Source: Schmidtea polychroa
Lineage: Eukaryota
DNA: 64,000 nt
NCBI GenBank assembly: GCA_044892525.1
Contig: CM097885.1
Span: forward strand, 3,536,001 to 3,600,000
Direction: 5' to 3'
The notes under the pieces were generated by a model. That model saw nothing but the letters and a program-made list of their open reading frames with translations, ran no database searches and was not told the DNA's origin. Below are positions 11,271 to 24,673 of the stretch, piece by piece. The first letter of the stretch is position 1. Each line of letters begins with the position of its first letter. Position numbers and translations under genes: made by a program.

Positions 11271-11918
11271 TTTAAACATAAATATGAAAAAAAAATTATT
11301 GAAACGGGTGATGGTGGCGAACCGGTAATTATCGCCACCAGTCTTTCGAACACCCCCGGATCGATTCCATAATGTGCACATTTATTTCTCAGTTGTTTTC
11401 GGACCTCTTTCGAATTCACTTTCGAATTCATTTGTACTTTCGAGCAGCACGCTTAAAACGCCGATGAAATCGTATTCGAGCGAGAAGCGAATAATAAGGT
11501 GTGCTGCTATTATCGGATTGATTCTGATGTATGAGTCTGGCCAGCTTGTATATTAGAAGAGATTTAAAACACTATAAAAGCATAAGTTTTGGGTTGTTTT
11601 CTAATGGTTTAAGCGTAATGGAGGTATGTTTTTGTTGGGAGGGCTGTTTGGGTTAGGTCTATATACACACTACTTATATTCTTCATTTAATTCAGTTAAT
11701 CTAGGAATATTGAAATTTAAATTGTAAAAAAACATTAACCAGCATCATCTTCAATAAATAGTCTTTGACAACTCTATGGTTCATAAATGGCTTAAACAAC
11801 ATTCGTCAAAAAGAAAGTACTCTCTTGCCGCACGCGCAAGCACTGAAACATCAGAGACAGCTGCAGACACCCGTGAAGATAGACCTGATCAAGACTCAGA
11901 TGATGACAATCAAAAACT

Positions 11919-12125
11919 GCAAAAAAGTAAGGCGATATGATGATAATTATTTATCTTTTGGATTTTCGTAGTGTGGTGAAGAAAGAATTCCAAAGCCTCA
12001 ATGTGTCATGTGTGCTGAAAACCTATCGAATCATTCGATGAAGCATTCACTACTTCAGCGTTACTTCAATACAAAGCATGCAATTTTCAAGAATAAACCA
12101 CTCGAATTTTTCAAAAGAAAAGAAA
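11919..12125 (+). pseudogene. Buster/Charlie-type hAT transposase N-terminal remnant (BED finger)
   Basis: KKVRRYDDNYLSFGFS*CGEERIPKPQCVMCAENLSNHSMK...LQRYFNTKH.....KPLEFFKRK. Confidence 0.75.
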
Positions 12126-13264
12126 CTTTCCAGAATATAGCAAAACCATATGACGACTTAAGTATTGTACAATCTTATGGTGACAAATACCTGCATCCTT
12201 ATATACGTGAAGTTTTAACAAAATCTTGCCTAAACGGATCGCGAAATTATCAACATAAAAGGATCAAAAAATATGATGGAACGTTGGAGGATTTGAATTG
12301 TATAAAAGTAAACAAATAGACCAATTAAAACTGTTTGGTTTCATGCATGATTTATCGGAAAAGTCAAAAATATTAATTGAAAAAATTAATATTCCTTTGA
12401 GATATTTAAGCAGTTGCTGAAATTGTTTTAATGTCCAGCGACACCAAACGTGACGCTTGCCTGTTCATTGTTGATGATATTTTACAATCTGGCATTTTAA
12501 TTAATTGAAAATATTTTGAAAAAATATGATATAAAACATCTTACAGAAATAGAACTATTTATAATAAAGAGTAATTTGGATATGCTAGGTGTATGGATAT
12601 AGAATATAACCAACCCATTCACCAAATTATTTATGGAATATAGATATTAATAACGATGAAAATGGTGAGGAAACTGATGATGATATCAACGAAACGAGTG
12701 ACTCTTATACAGTGACGATAAAAATTTGAAAAGATTGGCTAATGAATAGCAACGCTACTTTTTCGGAAATTTATTCTAGTTTACTCTACTAAACTGTCAG
12801 GGCCACATTGCAAACAGATAGCTGTAGCGCCGACTTCTTTAAAAATTATGATATATTGACGATATATTCCTTTTTAAAGCACCCAACAATATATTACACA
12901 ATGTAAATCTCATCCTGAAACCCAGATAGTAACATATACTTTTAAACCTACTTTTAAAAATTCAGTTAAAATTGACTTAATAGCAGCATTGTCAAAAAAG
13001 AATACTCAAACCAAAAGAATACTCAAACAAACTAATCAATCTAGAGGACCAAATTCTAAAAAAACTAATTAGAAATGAAATTGAATCCAGATAATATTCA
13101 AAATAGCAACAATTATGACCAAAAACCCTGAAACGAAAAAAATTACCAGAGGGTTGAAACAAGGTGATCCGCTTTGTTCAGCAATGTTATCGATCTAGCC
13201 ATCCAGAAAACGTATGATACTGGAATTGACTATAAGATGGGGGAATTACTTATGCATTATTAGT

Positions 13265-13645
13265 TTACACCAACGACTTAGTAATAGTTAGCAATATCAA
13301 GTTCGAAAGAAGAACAAGGAAGAGAGGCCAAACGTACCCAAAGATCTGTGGTCCTCTGTCTGAAGATTGGTTTCTGCTTTGATATTGTCCTCTGGATCCA
13401 AATTGTTTTTGATTTCTATCATAATTTCTTCCTTTGTAATATGCTTCTGTTTTAACTGAATTTCTTCCGATGTCCCAACATTGATACTTGAAATGACCAT
13501 TTTTGGAACATTGAGAGCATTTTACATTTGGGCATTCTGCTCGAATATGTCCTTGCTCTCCACACGCCCAACATCTCTGCAGTTTAAATCGCCTGGTCCC
13601 GTTCTTCCACTCAGAAAAGGATGACTGCAGAAACCCGAAGAACAA
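13265..13645 (-). pseudogene. Retroelement Gag fragment with two CCHC zinc knuckles
   Basis: CWACGEQGHIRAEC and CSQCSKNGHFKYQC. Confidence 0.7.
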
Positions 13646-15218
13646 CCACGTTAAACTCAGTTAGTTAGAAGGGAGCATAGTGGGCATTAGCCTTCTCCCC
13701 CCAAAAAAAAATAAATCACACTCATAATCCGGAATATGATAATTGGATAGAATTGGTTGATCCAGATGATGAAATGCTTTCAAAGAGGAGTTCTTTTGTG
13801 TTATATATCCATAGTTCATTAGTTTATTTTATGTCTTTTGGATTAAATTAAAAATTATGTTACAGTTGAATATTAAGTATTGATATTAAGTAGGGATCAT
13901 AAAGGTCATACACAGAGGCTTCAATTCACCCGTTATTTGTAATAAAATTCAATTATTTGATTGGTTGCTCATTTATTCCTCCAAGTATTGAAGAGTGATA
14001 AAATTACATAATAGTGATTATTTTTTGAAATGCAATTCAATAAGAAGGCTTTTGGTGTTGAAATCATTTAATAATGTGTTTTAAGAAACAAGTTCTAATA
14101 AGGAAATAATTGAAGCATAAAAAACGAAACATATTGGCGTCAAACCAGTACAAATGTATCATATTCATAAGATATATTGCTTAGTAGATGAAATCCCATA
14201 TGAATTCTCAGATGCAGTCAAATTAATCAAGTCTCAATAATCAAGTTTCATGACTCATATAATGAAAAATGTTGCAATAAATAAAATATTGATGAAAATA
14301 AATAAGAATTTATTATACAATGCAGATATATTCATCAAATACAAAAAAACTTGTTTCCAGGATCTCTTTGAAAGAATTGAATTTAAAGGTAAGAAAAGCT
14401 GATTTGTCAATAAAAACAAATTAATAAAATTTATACTAACAAATGTAAAGTTAATTGTATATAGTAACCATTTCCATTCACATTTATTCCCTCGTGTTGT
14501 TTCATCTACTCTTATATTTAATTTAGAGAATTTTATGGAATTTCAAGAATCTCTGTGGGAATTTGTAATGATTTGGTACACCTATCTCGGGAACGACAAA
14601 TCGGAAAGAAGTCATGTTTTTCTTGCCATAATGAATGTTGAAACAATAAAATTGACAAGAATATTTGCCAAGATGAGTGAAAGGGATTAAAAATATTTCA
14701 TTTCTCCTGGATTTGGACAACTTCCTATGGATAGGTGAAAGGTTCGTGATCAGCAAAATGTCTGGACTCTACGAACTTTATAATTTTGCAAAGAAATATC
14801 AAAAATGCCAAGGAACAAATTTTCTAGCTCAAGCTATAAACTATCGCTAGGGGAGGAACTCGATACTTTGAAGGGAGTGTAAAAAAATGTTTAAAGAGAG
14901 ATCCGATTCAGATGTCTAGTTTTAAAGTCACTAGGAGTAATCCTTTATATGGTAATGGTAAGTAGTGAATAGTAAGGACTCCAGGACACTTTCAAGCTCA
15001 TGGAATATCAAGATCAAATATAGACCAATCGAATCATTTATTTTTTAAATTAACATTTTATTTAATTACTTCTTTTTAATTTTTTCTTTATAATTTTATT
15101 AATTAATTATTTTATGATGTTATATTTTTAATTACTTACTTTAGTTAATTTTTAATTTATTACATTTAATTAATTAATTTGTTTTTTAATATTTTGTTTT
15201 AATTACTAACGTTATTTA

Positions 15219-15269
<51 letters not shown>

Positions 15270-15633
15270 TTATTTATTTTTTTTTTCTAATTTTACATTT
15301 ACATTATATTCTAACAAGAACGTAAATTATAACAATATTATTTCAATTTGAATAAAATTTTAATTAGTAATTATTCAATTCGAATAAAATTTTAATTAGA
15401 AATTATTTAATTTATTATAAAATAAAACGCTGAGTTAATTTTAGATAAACCGGATATTAATATTTCGGAAAAAATAAATAAATAAATAAAATAAACACGA
15501 AAATAATATTTCTTACTTGAAACTAATTATCTAAATTAATTGGACAAATGAATAATTAAATGATAAAACACATTTAAATTAACTAAGTCAAATAATTCAC
15601 AATATATATTTATTATTCACATAAATTTAATTG

Positions 15634-18600
15634 TTAAAGTGCTTGTTTCGATTTGCATTCATTTCTAGACATTGCAGTTGCAATATGCATTTGACGAATC
15701 TTATAGTGACCGTAGGCATAGCTTTTATTAGAATTGAACCAATACCTTTTATCATCCAAACATTGGAGAGCTCGTTTTTCGGTCATGAAAGTATACAACT
15801 GATGATTGACACTTCCTATTCTTTTTTGTGGGATGCTCACTGTTCCACCATCAGTAAACACTTTTTTATAGGCTTCATGTGTAAGATTAGAGTTTGTAAG
15901 TCTTATTCCTTTGGCTTTTAGAGTGTTTTTATCGCCTTGGAGTGAGTAGCACTTGGGTCGAAGAAACACCCATTCTTTATATTGATTTCCTTTATTCTCA
16001 TCCTTGAATTTCCCGATTACCGAACAAATTTTATCTGAGAACAATGGATCAGTCACTGGATAATTTGAAGTATCTAGGAGCCCATCGGCAATCATTTTTG
16101 GATACAGTTGTAAGCGTAAATCAACATTTTTACACTCTAAAAAGAAGGAATCTGTGTCACCGGCTACGATATTAATTTGACAATTGAATTCTTCTCTGTA
16201 ACTCTGTAGTTCTTTATATTGAAACTGGTACATGCGAAGTTTAGATAAATCAAGTACGGTTTGTCCAATATACATTGGTCTATCTAAACACACCATTTCC
16301 TTATCAAGTATAACAGCAATGAGATCATCCGCAATCTTGATGCTACGACGAAACATAGGATTACTACAATAAGTTATCAATCTTTTGCTTTTGCTGCATA
16401 ATCTCAAATTTATACGTTTCTTCAAGTTTTCCACAGTTTTACCGTATAAACTGTTGTTCTTTAACTTATAAATATCTCGCTGAAATGAGTCTGTACTAGC
16501 TGCTCTCATTTGAGTATTGTAATCAATATAGCCTTTGAAAATAGCTACTTGCTTGAATTCAACAGCACGATTAACTTTTGTGACTTTTGCGCCATAACTC
16601 AACCATTCAGTCAAAACTCTACCATTAACTACATAGTTTTTCTTAGGCTCATGAATTAACAACAGCTTCTCAACTTTACTACCAGGTGGATAACAAAGCT
16701 CAGGAGCTATAGGTAATCATCTAGCTTATCTTGTATACTATCAGGAATGACGATGTCAACCTCTAGAACATATCCACGATCTCCATCAAACTCATCCCCA
16801 TTTGCACATCTTTCAACAATACCAATCATTTCAGTCTGATCATTTATCCATCTAAATTCACCAACAGGAAGGTTTTGCGACAGCGCCCATCCATATAAAT
16901 TATTAACATCTAGGTATGACATTTGTGTTGATTCATCAGCTTCAACATGATGTTTGTTGATAAATGTCATTCCACCACGAATACCAGCTTCAAATAAACG
17001 GTAAAGCTCTGGATCTTGAATAAGTTCTATCGGTTCAGGTAACTGTTTATTAGCTGATGCCCAACTTAATCCGGGTATGGAAAGAAACGATAGAGCCTCA
17101 AGTCCATCTTCCTCAAATGTTTTTTCTCTGAAAGCTTCAAAAACATCGGCCAACAGAAAAACATCCAACTTGAGATACACGAGCATGTAATCTAGCAGTG
17201 TCTCACAGTTGTATTGTCGCCAGATTTGATTTGCATGTATATAATCTTCTTGACTAACTCCCTCCCAAATCGATGGTAATTCTGTTATTGACTGTAAAAC
17301 ATCCATTGACGTTGCAATATCATAAGGAAATATGCCTTTACCAGTTATTAGATGCGAATTGAAAATCTTTGAAGTAAGTGGAAGACGTGGCAAGTTTTTT
17401 GATAAATTTGCCAAGCTGCTATTTAAAAATTGTAAAGAATCAATGAATCTAATTCTTCTGCCTTTCGATGTCGCTGTAAGTGTGAGAAACTTTTCTGTTG
17501 ATTGAGGAATAACAATTAAATTCCAATCGGGAAATTTTCCAATTGCATATTTTAATATATGATGAATGTCATATCCACGAAGATTATGAAATACAACAGG
17601 TAAAGACGGATTGATTCTTCTAGCCAAATTACAATCTTGACACGCTGCTCCGAGATATTGACTAGTAAAATGATCATGATCTCGAATAGGTATATTGATA
17701 ATCCTTTTACAAAGGTAGCAATGAGTTTGATTCGTAAATTCTTCCTGCTGTTCCCAAGTGAGTTCCATCATTTCCTTCGATCCATTAATTTTATACCACG
17801 GATAAACTATGTCTGTAGCTATATCATCCAATGCTTGTATGAACTGAATGATACAGCTTTTCCCAACAAATGTTTATTTCGGATCGGACAACCTTGATGA
17901 AGAACCACAAATTCAGATGCAATCGGCTCATGTTTTTGGAAGTGTTTGTCATCTAGAGGTAATATCGATTCAAAGTCCGCGTAGACAACAAACTGCTGTT
18001 TTATAGTTTTACTCCAGTCTTTAAATTCGATATATTTATTCTCTGGCATTGAGTATAGAGTCGTCCGCTCCACATTCTTCCTACAAAGACCTATATGTCT
18101 TTCAAAAGCAGGACGTTTTTGAAACCCATGAAGACATGTATGACACCAATGTGATTGGATTCTGACTCCTTCTACTCTATTTCTGTAATTCAGCAGTATA
18201 TCGAGATTAGTTACAGCCAAAAAATGATAATTTAATTCTAAAATTTAGTTAATATTTTAAATGATTAAAAGAAATATTACCTTCTTCAATCAATAGGAGA
18301 TATATCTGAGATCCCGTTAAAGTACTTCTATATACCAAGTCAACGAACGGATTCTTGAAAATATCATTAGTTTTTTGTTTAATTGGATCTTTATTATATT
18401 TGAGAACATTGATCGCTAGATTTGGATTCATTGCTTCGAATTGGCAAATGTTAACCAACTTCATCGGAAACCATTCAAATTTCCATTTTAAGTCTTAAAA
18501 ACAAATTTCAATGATTTATGACATTATATATATATATTACCACTTAAGTTATATTTTGTTGTTCTTTCTCTATCCCGACGTATGTCATCATAATGTAATA

Positions 18601-19615
18601 CGGCCAGTATGCTATATAAAAAGCAGAATTGATCATTATTTTGAACATTAACTAAAGCCTGGCAGTTTTTCAGGTAATTTGGCGTTTTAATGTAACTTGA
18701 ACCTAAGTAAATATCTAGATTTATATATATATAATAATGTAAATAAACTTACCAGATACATGTATTATGTCTGATAATTTAGTTAAAATCATAGTAACTT
18801 CTAATATTTTATGAATTCTCCACCCACTACTTTGTTGAGTGTATTTCTCCAACTTTTCTTTTAATTTTTCAATTCCATCATTAATAAATGAAGATGACAT
18901 TGTAATTGCTTTATTCGACAAACACCATTTTTTAATTTCACCATCCTCTTTGATAAACTCTGCACAAAGTCCAAATTGGATTTTTACTGTACCCATTCGT
19001 TGAATATGATCTTCTATTTCTTTGATGAGACAATCTGGAACAACAATGTCAGGAGAATTAATTGCAGATACATCGCTTGTCAATTCAACACGAGAACCAT
19101 TTAAGTCAGACTCCCGACGTGGACACAATTGTATGTTAGAGTCTCCATTTCCGTAAAATATTGACTTTCGTTTTGTGGTGCCAGAGTTTTGTCTAACTAT
19201 ATTTATAATTAATATTAAACAACTTAAATAACATAACTTGTAACATATTCTTTAATCTGCTTAGGATCGTATGATGTATTCATTTTCGATTGTACTATAA
19301 AAAATTAATAATTGTTAATAGTAGAAAGAGTATTACTTTTAGTGATCATCCTGCTCTTCGTTTCTTCGAATCTTCTAAGATGGTGTCCGTGTTGTCGTAC
19401 AAACATTAACCACCTACCTGGTGATATAATGAGACATTCCGGACATATGTAACCCGATAAGGTAGAGTCATTTATCTTGAAATATGATGATGTAACTGAT
19501 TTACAGTTCTCCACATCTTCATGACTTTCGGCAATACAAAATTTATATAAACTGCATCCGTTCACTAAAAGAAAATAATCATTAATATTAGATAGAGAAT
19601 AAAAAATTATTCACT
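15634..19615 (-). pseudogene. Spliced pPolB, arm A-left (6 introns; 1-nt deletions near 17877 and 16714)
   Basis: VYADFES, RDHDH..GAAC..CNL, FHNLRGYD, FIDSLQFL, YLDVNNLYGWA, KLKNNSLYGK, GDTDS, KAKGI. The upstream small ORFs join through GT-AG introns. Confidence 0.9.
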
Positions 19616-20349
19616 TATATAAGTTAAATTAAAAGTTTAAATGACAAACATTTGAAAAGTTACTGCTTATATATTACACATGATTACATTCTGACCAATC
19701 AAAATCAAGGAAGGGGTAGGAAAAATAAATATATTCTGACCAATTAAAATCATGGAAGGGGTAGGAAAATAAATGCATTACGTTGCAGTATTTTAAAACT
19801 TCAATATATTTTAAAACACATTTTAATGCTAAATTTGACTTATTCAACATTTTCATAATAATTTAATAAAAAATAATGCGATGAACCCACAAAGTAATAT
19901 CATTTTTCATCAAATTGCAAAACAGTAATAACGTTTTCATAAAATTGTAACAAAGTAATAACATATTTCAGATAAATTTTCAACAGTTGTAAAATATTTA
20001 AGCAAATTGTAACAAGATTAGAAAATATTACAACAAAATAGTAACATGTTTCAGAATATTTCAACAAAGTTGTAAAATATTTATCAAATTGTAACTAAAA
20101 TAATAAAAATATTGCAACAAAGTAATAAAATGATGATGTTAATTGGGACAAATCAATACATTATTTCGAAGACGGACAACAAATTAAAAAAGAATATTGT
20201 AATAAATTGTGAAGTCTTTCAGTAAATTACAACAAAGTAATAACATATTTCAGAAATATTTCACCAGATGTAAAATATTTAAGCAAATTGTTATAAGATT
20301 ATAAAAGTATTGCAACAAAGTAATAAAATAATACAACATTTTAAACTCA

Positions 20350-20758
20350 ATCCATTTTATAGAAAATTAAATTTTATCTCTATAATATATGAATAAATAT
20401 CCAAGGAAATTACGTTAACGTATAATAAATACAAATTTATTGTAAAAACATGTGTGTATTACACACAAAACAAGATACATAATTTTTAATCAAGCTATTT
20501 TATAGAAAATTAAATTTTATCTATATATTATTTGAATAAATATCCAAGAAAATAAAGTTAACTGTATGAAAATTACAAATTTATTGTAAAAACATGTGTG
20601 CATTACACACAAAACAATATACATAACTTTTGATCAAGCTATTTTATAGAAAATTAAATTTTATCTATATATTATATGAATAAAAATCCAAGAAAATAAC
20701 GTTAACCGCGCGAAAAAATACAAATTTATTGTAAAAACATGTGTGCATTACACACAAA
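20350..20758. repeat. About 3 copies of the ~145-bp core tandem repeat of element A (truncated)
   Basis: TTTTATAGAAAATTAAATTTTATC recurs at about 20355, 20498 and 20642; each unit has TGTGTG(T/C)ATTACACACA. Confidence 0.9.
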
Positions 20759-20845
20759 GCACCAAACTGAAATTGTAATTGCGCCATGTTGTAGAGAATT
20801 AAATTCTGCCTATACATGGTTACACTTAAATCTCGATCAGACCTG

Positions 20846-22379
20846 TTAAAAGCGACAAAAAAGAGAAAAACCTGTAGAGTAGATGGATAGGGCACCGCTA
20901 GACCAATCTCTGTTTAGAGCAAGTTCATCGATGTTCTGTCCCAGGCTTTTAGCAGTTTCTGCAATAACGAAAACAGCCTTGCGATCTGACACTTTAGTTC
21001 TATCTAAAGCTACTGCAAGTTCTGGAGTAATAACAGTCCGAAATGTGCTGCCTCCTGCAGCATCATCACTCAGATTTTCTCCACTTTTCATGTTTCCACC
21101 ATCTAAGCTGGTTTCAGAAGATGACGATATCAGTTCAGCGGTAGAAGCTGCTAACTGCTTCACTTGCTCCATTCGCTGTCGCCTCGCAAGCATTTGCTCA
21201 TCTCGTTCAAATGATCTTTTCTCCTTAGCAGCAAGTTTTTCATCTGCACCAGTCATCGACCCCCTTCTTCCTTTTTCTCTCTGGGCTAACAAGAAATTTT
21301 TATCTTCCTGTAGTACCGAGGGGCTGGTCAGTGCATCAACATGAGCAAGATCAAAGAGATCTTCGAGCTTGGAATTAAAAGCTGATTCTCTCGCTAGTTG
21401 AGTTGCTGATAATCGTGCCTTGTTCTTTTTCAGAAGACGCCATTCTTCAAATGCATGCTCAACCTTGGTTTGGCAGTTTTGATGATCTCTCATCGGGATC
21501 CTCGCTTTCTGCCAAAACTTCGATACTTCTGTAATGGTAACAGCCGATGATTGTCTTATTGTCTCTTTCAGTTCCAGATGGTGATGTAGGAAGAGTCCAA
21601 GAGCCATACGTAAAGATGGCAGCTTGCTGCCACGTAACTGAGTCACGGAATCGCCAAGAAGATACAACTCAGTTTGAGATCGTGTTGCTTTTGCAACTGA
21701 TGACATTTTCTTACAGAAATGAATCTGAAATGAATATTATAAAAATAGCATTGACTTTGGAATCATGGATTGATATGTTAATTTGAATAATTGTATTACA
21801 AAATTCACATTTACTTATCTAACTAATCTATATCTTCATTTAATTACTATTCACACTTAAACATTGAAAATAATATTCAATATTCAAATAACATTCAACT
21901 AACTTACCAGCAGCTATAGATTCAGGAAGGCTTGCTTCACTTCAGTGGCCTACCAGCAATTTAATGCTCACTTTAATAGTAGTGTTATCAACTGTTTACA
22001 ATTTAAATTTATAAACACATTTGTCAAACTCCTGCAATAGCCAGTCCACACAGTAAACATACTAAACAAGTCTGATCATGCCTGGACTATGAAGAATTTG
22101 TGTTAATTGTATATTGTAAAAATAGGATTGAAATGTTGTATGATTATCAGAGTCTGAGAAAGTCTCAATTTACTTAGTTCTCAGTTACTATAGTAAAGTA
22201 CCGTAAATAAATGGGCGGCCGCTGCTTAAGAGTATCAGAAACTTCTCTGTCCTTGAGCTACCCCAAAATATTGTTCAATTGTGTTCATATTTTGCCTGAA
22301 TTTTTCTTTCATATATAGGAACAGAATGGGAGGGTAAGAAGGTAATATTTTGAAAGTTCAAAAATAAGCTCCACCCTTA
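20846..22379 (-). mobile_element. hATm-type DNA transposon, 5' part only (transposase N-terminus 20846-21706)
   Basis: Terminus TAAGGGTGGAGC on the minus strand at 22379. Protein GSKLPS...FWQKARIP...LEDLFDLAH...EDKNFLLAQR...ALDRTKVSDRKA resembles hATm transposase N-termini. No catalytic domain or second TIR. Confidence 0.7.
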
Positions 22380-24261
22380 CATGCTCGTATATCTCAAGTT
22401 GGATGTTTTTCTGTTGGCCGATGTTTTTGAAGCTTTCATAGAAAAAACATTTGACGAAGATGGACTTGAGGCTCTATCGTTTCTTTCCATACCCGGATTA
22501 AGTTGGGCATCAGCTATTAAACAGAACCGATAGAACTTATTCAAGATCCAGAGCTTTACCGTTTATTTGAAGCTGGTATTCGTGGTGGAATGACATTTAT
22601 CAACAAACATCATGTTGAAGCTGATGAATCAACACAAATGTCATACCTAGATGTTAATAATTAATATGGATGGGCGCTGTCGCAAAACCTTCCTGTTGGT
22701 GAATTTAGATGGATAAATGATCAGACTGAAATGAATGGTATTCTTGAAAGATGTGCAAATGGGGATGAGTTTGATGGAGATCGTGGATATGTTCTAGAGG
22801 TTGACATCGTCATTCCTGATAGAATACAAGATAAGTTAGATGATTACCTATAGCTCCTGAGCTTTGTTATCCACCTGGTAGTAAAGTTGAAAAGCTGTTG
22901 TTAATTCATGAGCCTATGAAAAACTATGTAGTTAATGGTAGAGTTTTGACTGAATGGTTGAGTTATGGCGCAAAAGTCACAAAAGTTAATCGTACTGTAG
23001 AATTCAAGCAAGTAGCTATTTTCAAAGGCTATATTGATTACAATACTCAAATGAGAGCAGCTAGTACAGATTCATTTCAGCGAGATAATTATAAGTTAAA
23101 GAACAACAGTTTATACGGTAAAACCGTGGAAAACTTGAAGAAACGTATAAATTTGAGATTATGCAGCAAAAGCAAAAGATTGATAACTTATTTTAGGAAT
23201 CCTATGTTTCGTCGTAGCATCAAGATTGCGGATGATCTCATTGCTGTTATACTTGATAAGGAAATGGTGTGTTTAGACTAGTATTATGAGCCGGCAGGCC
23301 GCAACATAAATAATTGTTTTTCAGAACATGTGGAGTCTGAAACTCCGACGTTAATATTTATTTAATTAAAAACTCAACAAAACTAAAAACATTTTTTTAT
23401 TATTAAGAATAATAATAATAATAATAATTATAATAATAATTTGTATAACGTCATATGTATAAATAAAAATAATTAAAAAGATAAGTTTTAATTTATACAG
23501 CCAATTATGATTTTAATTGTTAAATAAGTTTGGTTAAATTACAAATCTGTTTTTTCGTTGCGGGCCCCCAAATGTAAAGCAGCGGGTCGCGTGTTTGAGA
23601 CCCCTGGTTTAGATAGACCAATGTATATTGGACAAACCGTACTTGATTTATCTAAACTTCGCATGTACCAGTTTCAATATAAAGAACTACAGAGTTACAG
23701 AGAAGAATTCAATTGTCAAATTAATATCGTAGCCGGTGACACAGATTCCTTCTTTTTAGAGTGTAAAAATGTTGATTTACGCTTACAACTGTATCCAAAA
23801 ATGATTGCCGATGGGCTCCTAGATACTTCAAATTATCCAGTGACTGATCCATTGTTCTCAGATAAAATTTGTTCGGTAATCGGGAAATTCAAGGATGAGA
23901 ATAAAGGAAATCAATATAAAGAATGGGTGTTTCTTCGACCCAAGTGCTACTCACTCCAAGGCGATAAAAACACTCTAAAAGCCAAAGGAATAAGACTTAC
24001 AAACTCTAATCTTACACATGAAGCCTATAAAAAAGTGTATACTGATGGTGGAACAGTGAGCATCCACAAAAAAGAATAGGAAGTGTCAATCATCAGTTGT
24101 ATACTTTCATGACCGAAAAACGAGCTCTCCAATGTTTGAATGATAAAAGGTATTGGTTCAATTCTAATAAAAGCTATGCCTACGGTCACTATAAGATTCT
24201 TCAAATGCATATTGCAACTGCTATGTCTAGAAATGAATGCAAATCGAAACAAGCACTTTAA
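22380..24261 (+). pseudogene. pPolB, arm A-right (C-terminal half only, from the YMLVYLKLDV motif)
   Basis: Reverse complement of about 15634-17190; carries a stop, indels and a nested insertion. Confidence 0.9.
23279..23606. mobile_element. Non-autonomous hAT (Buster/Charlie-like) insertion in pPolB
   Basis: Right end GTTTGAGACCCCTG; flanks GTTTAGAC (23271-23278) and GTTTAGAT (23607-23614); absent from the other three pPolB copies; left TIR degenerate. Confidence 0.8.
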
Positions 24262-24625
24262 CAATTAAATTTATGTGAATAATAAATATATATTGTGAAT
24301 TATTTGACTTAGTTAATTTAAATGTGTTTTATCATTTAATTATTCATTTGTCCAATTAATTTAGATAATTAGTTTCAAGTAAGAAATATTATTTTCGTGT
24401 TTATTTTATTTATTTATTTATTTTTTCCGAAATATTAATATCCAGTTTATCTAAAATTAACTCAGCGTTTTATTTTATAATAAATTAAATAATTTCTAAT
24501 TAAAATTTTATTCGAATTGAATAATTACTAATTAAAATTTTATTCAAATTGAAATAATATTGTTATAATTTACGTTCTTGTTAGAATATAATGTAAATGT
24601 AAAATTAGAAAAAAAAAATAAATAA

Positions 24626-24673
<48 letters not shown>

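Larger units (their letters stand above)
1..11674. mobile_element. Polinton/Maverick (adintovirus-like) element, right-hand part; left end outside the window; partly decayed
   Basis: Compact intronless cluster of rve integrase, A32-like ATPase, adenain-like protease, minor capsid and pPolB. It ends in ...GGTCTATATACACACTACT (11674), which is AGTAGT on the minus strand, the typical Polinton terminus. Confidence 0.93.

Noticed and set aside
1..11674. Polinton lacking a major capsid gene
   Set aside because: The element is cut by the window edge, so the gene may lie upstream of position 1.
13140..13185. ITRGLKQGDPL non-LTR reverse transcriptase motif
   Set aside because: Probably a real LINE relic, but too short and degraded to delimit.
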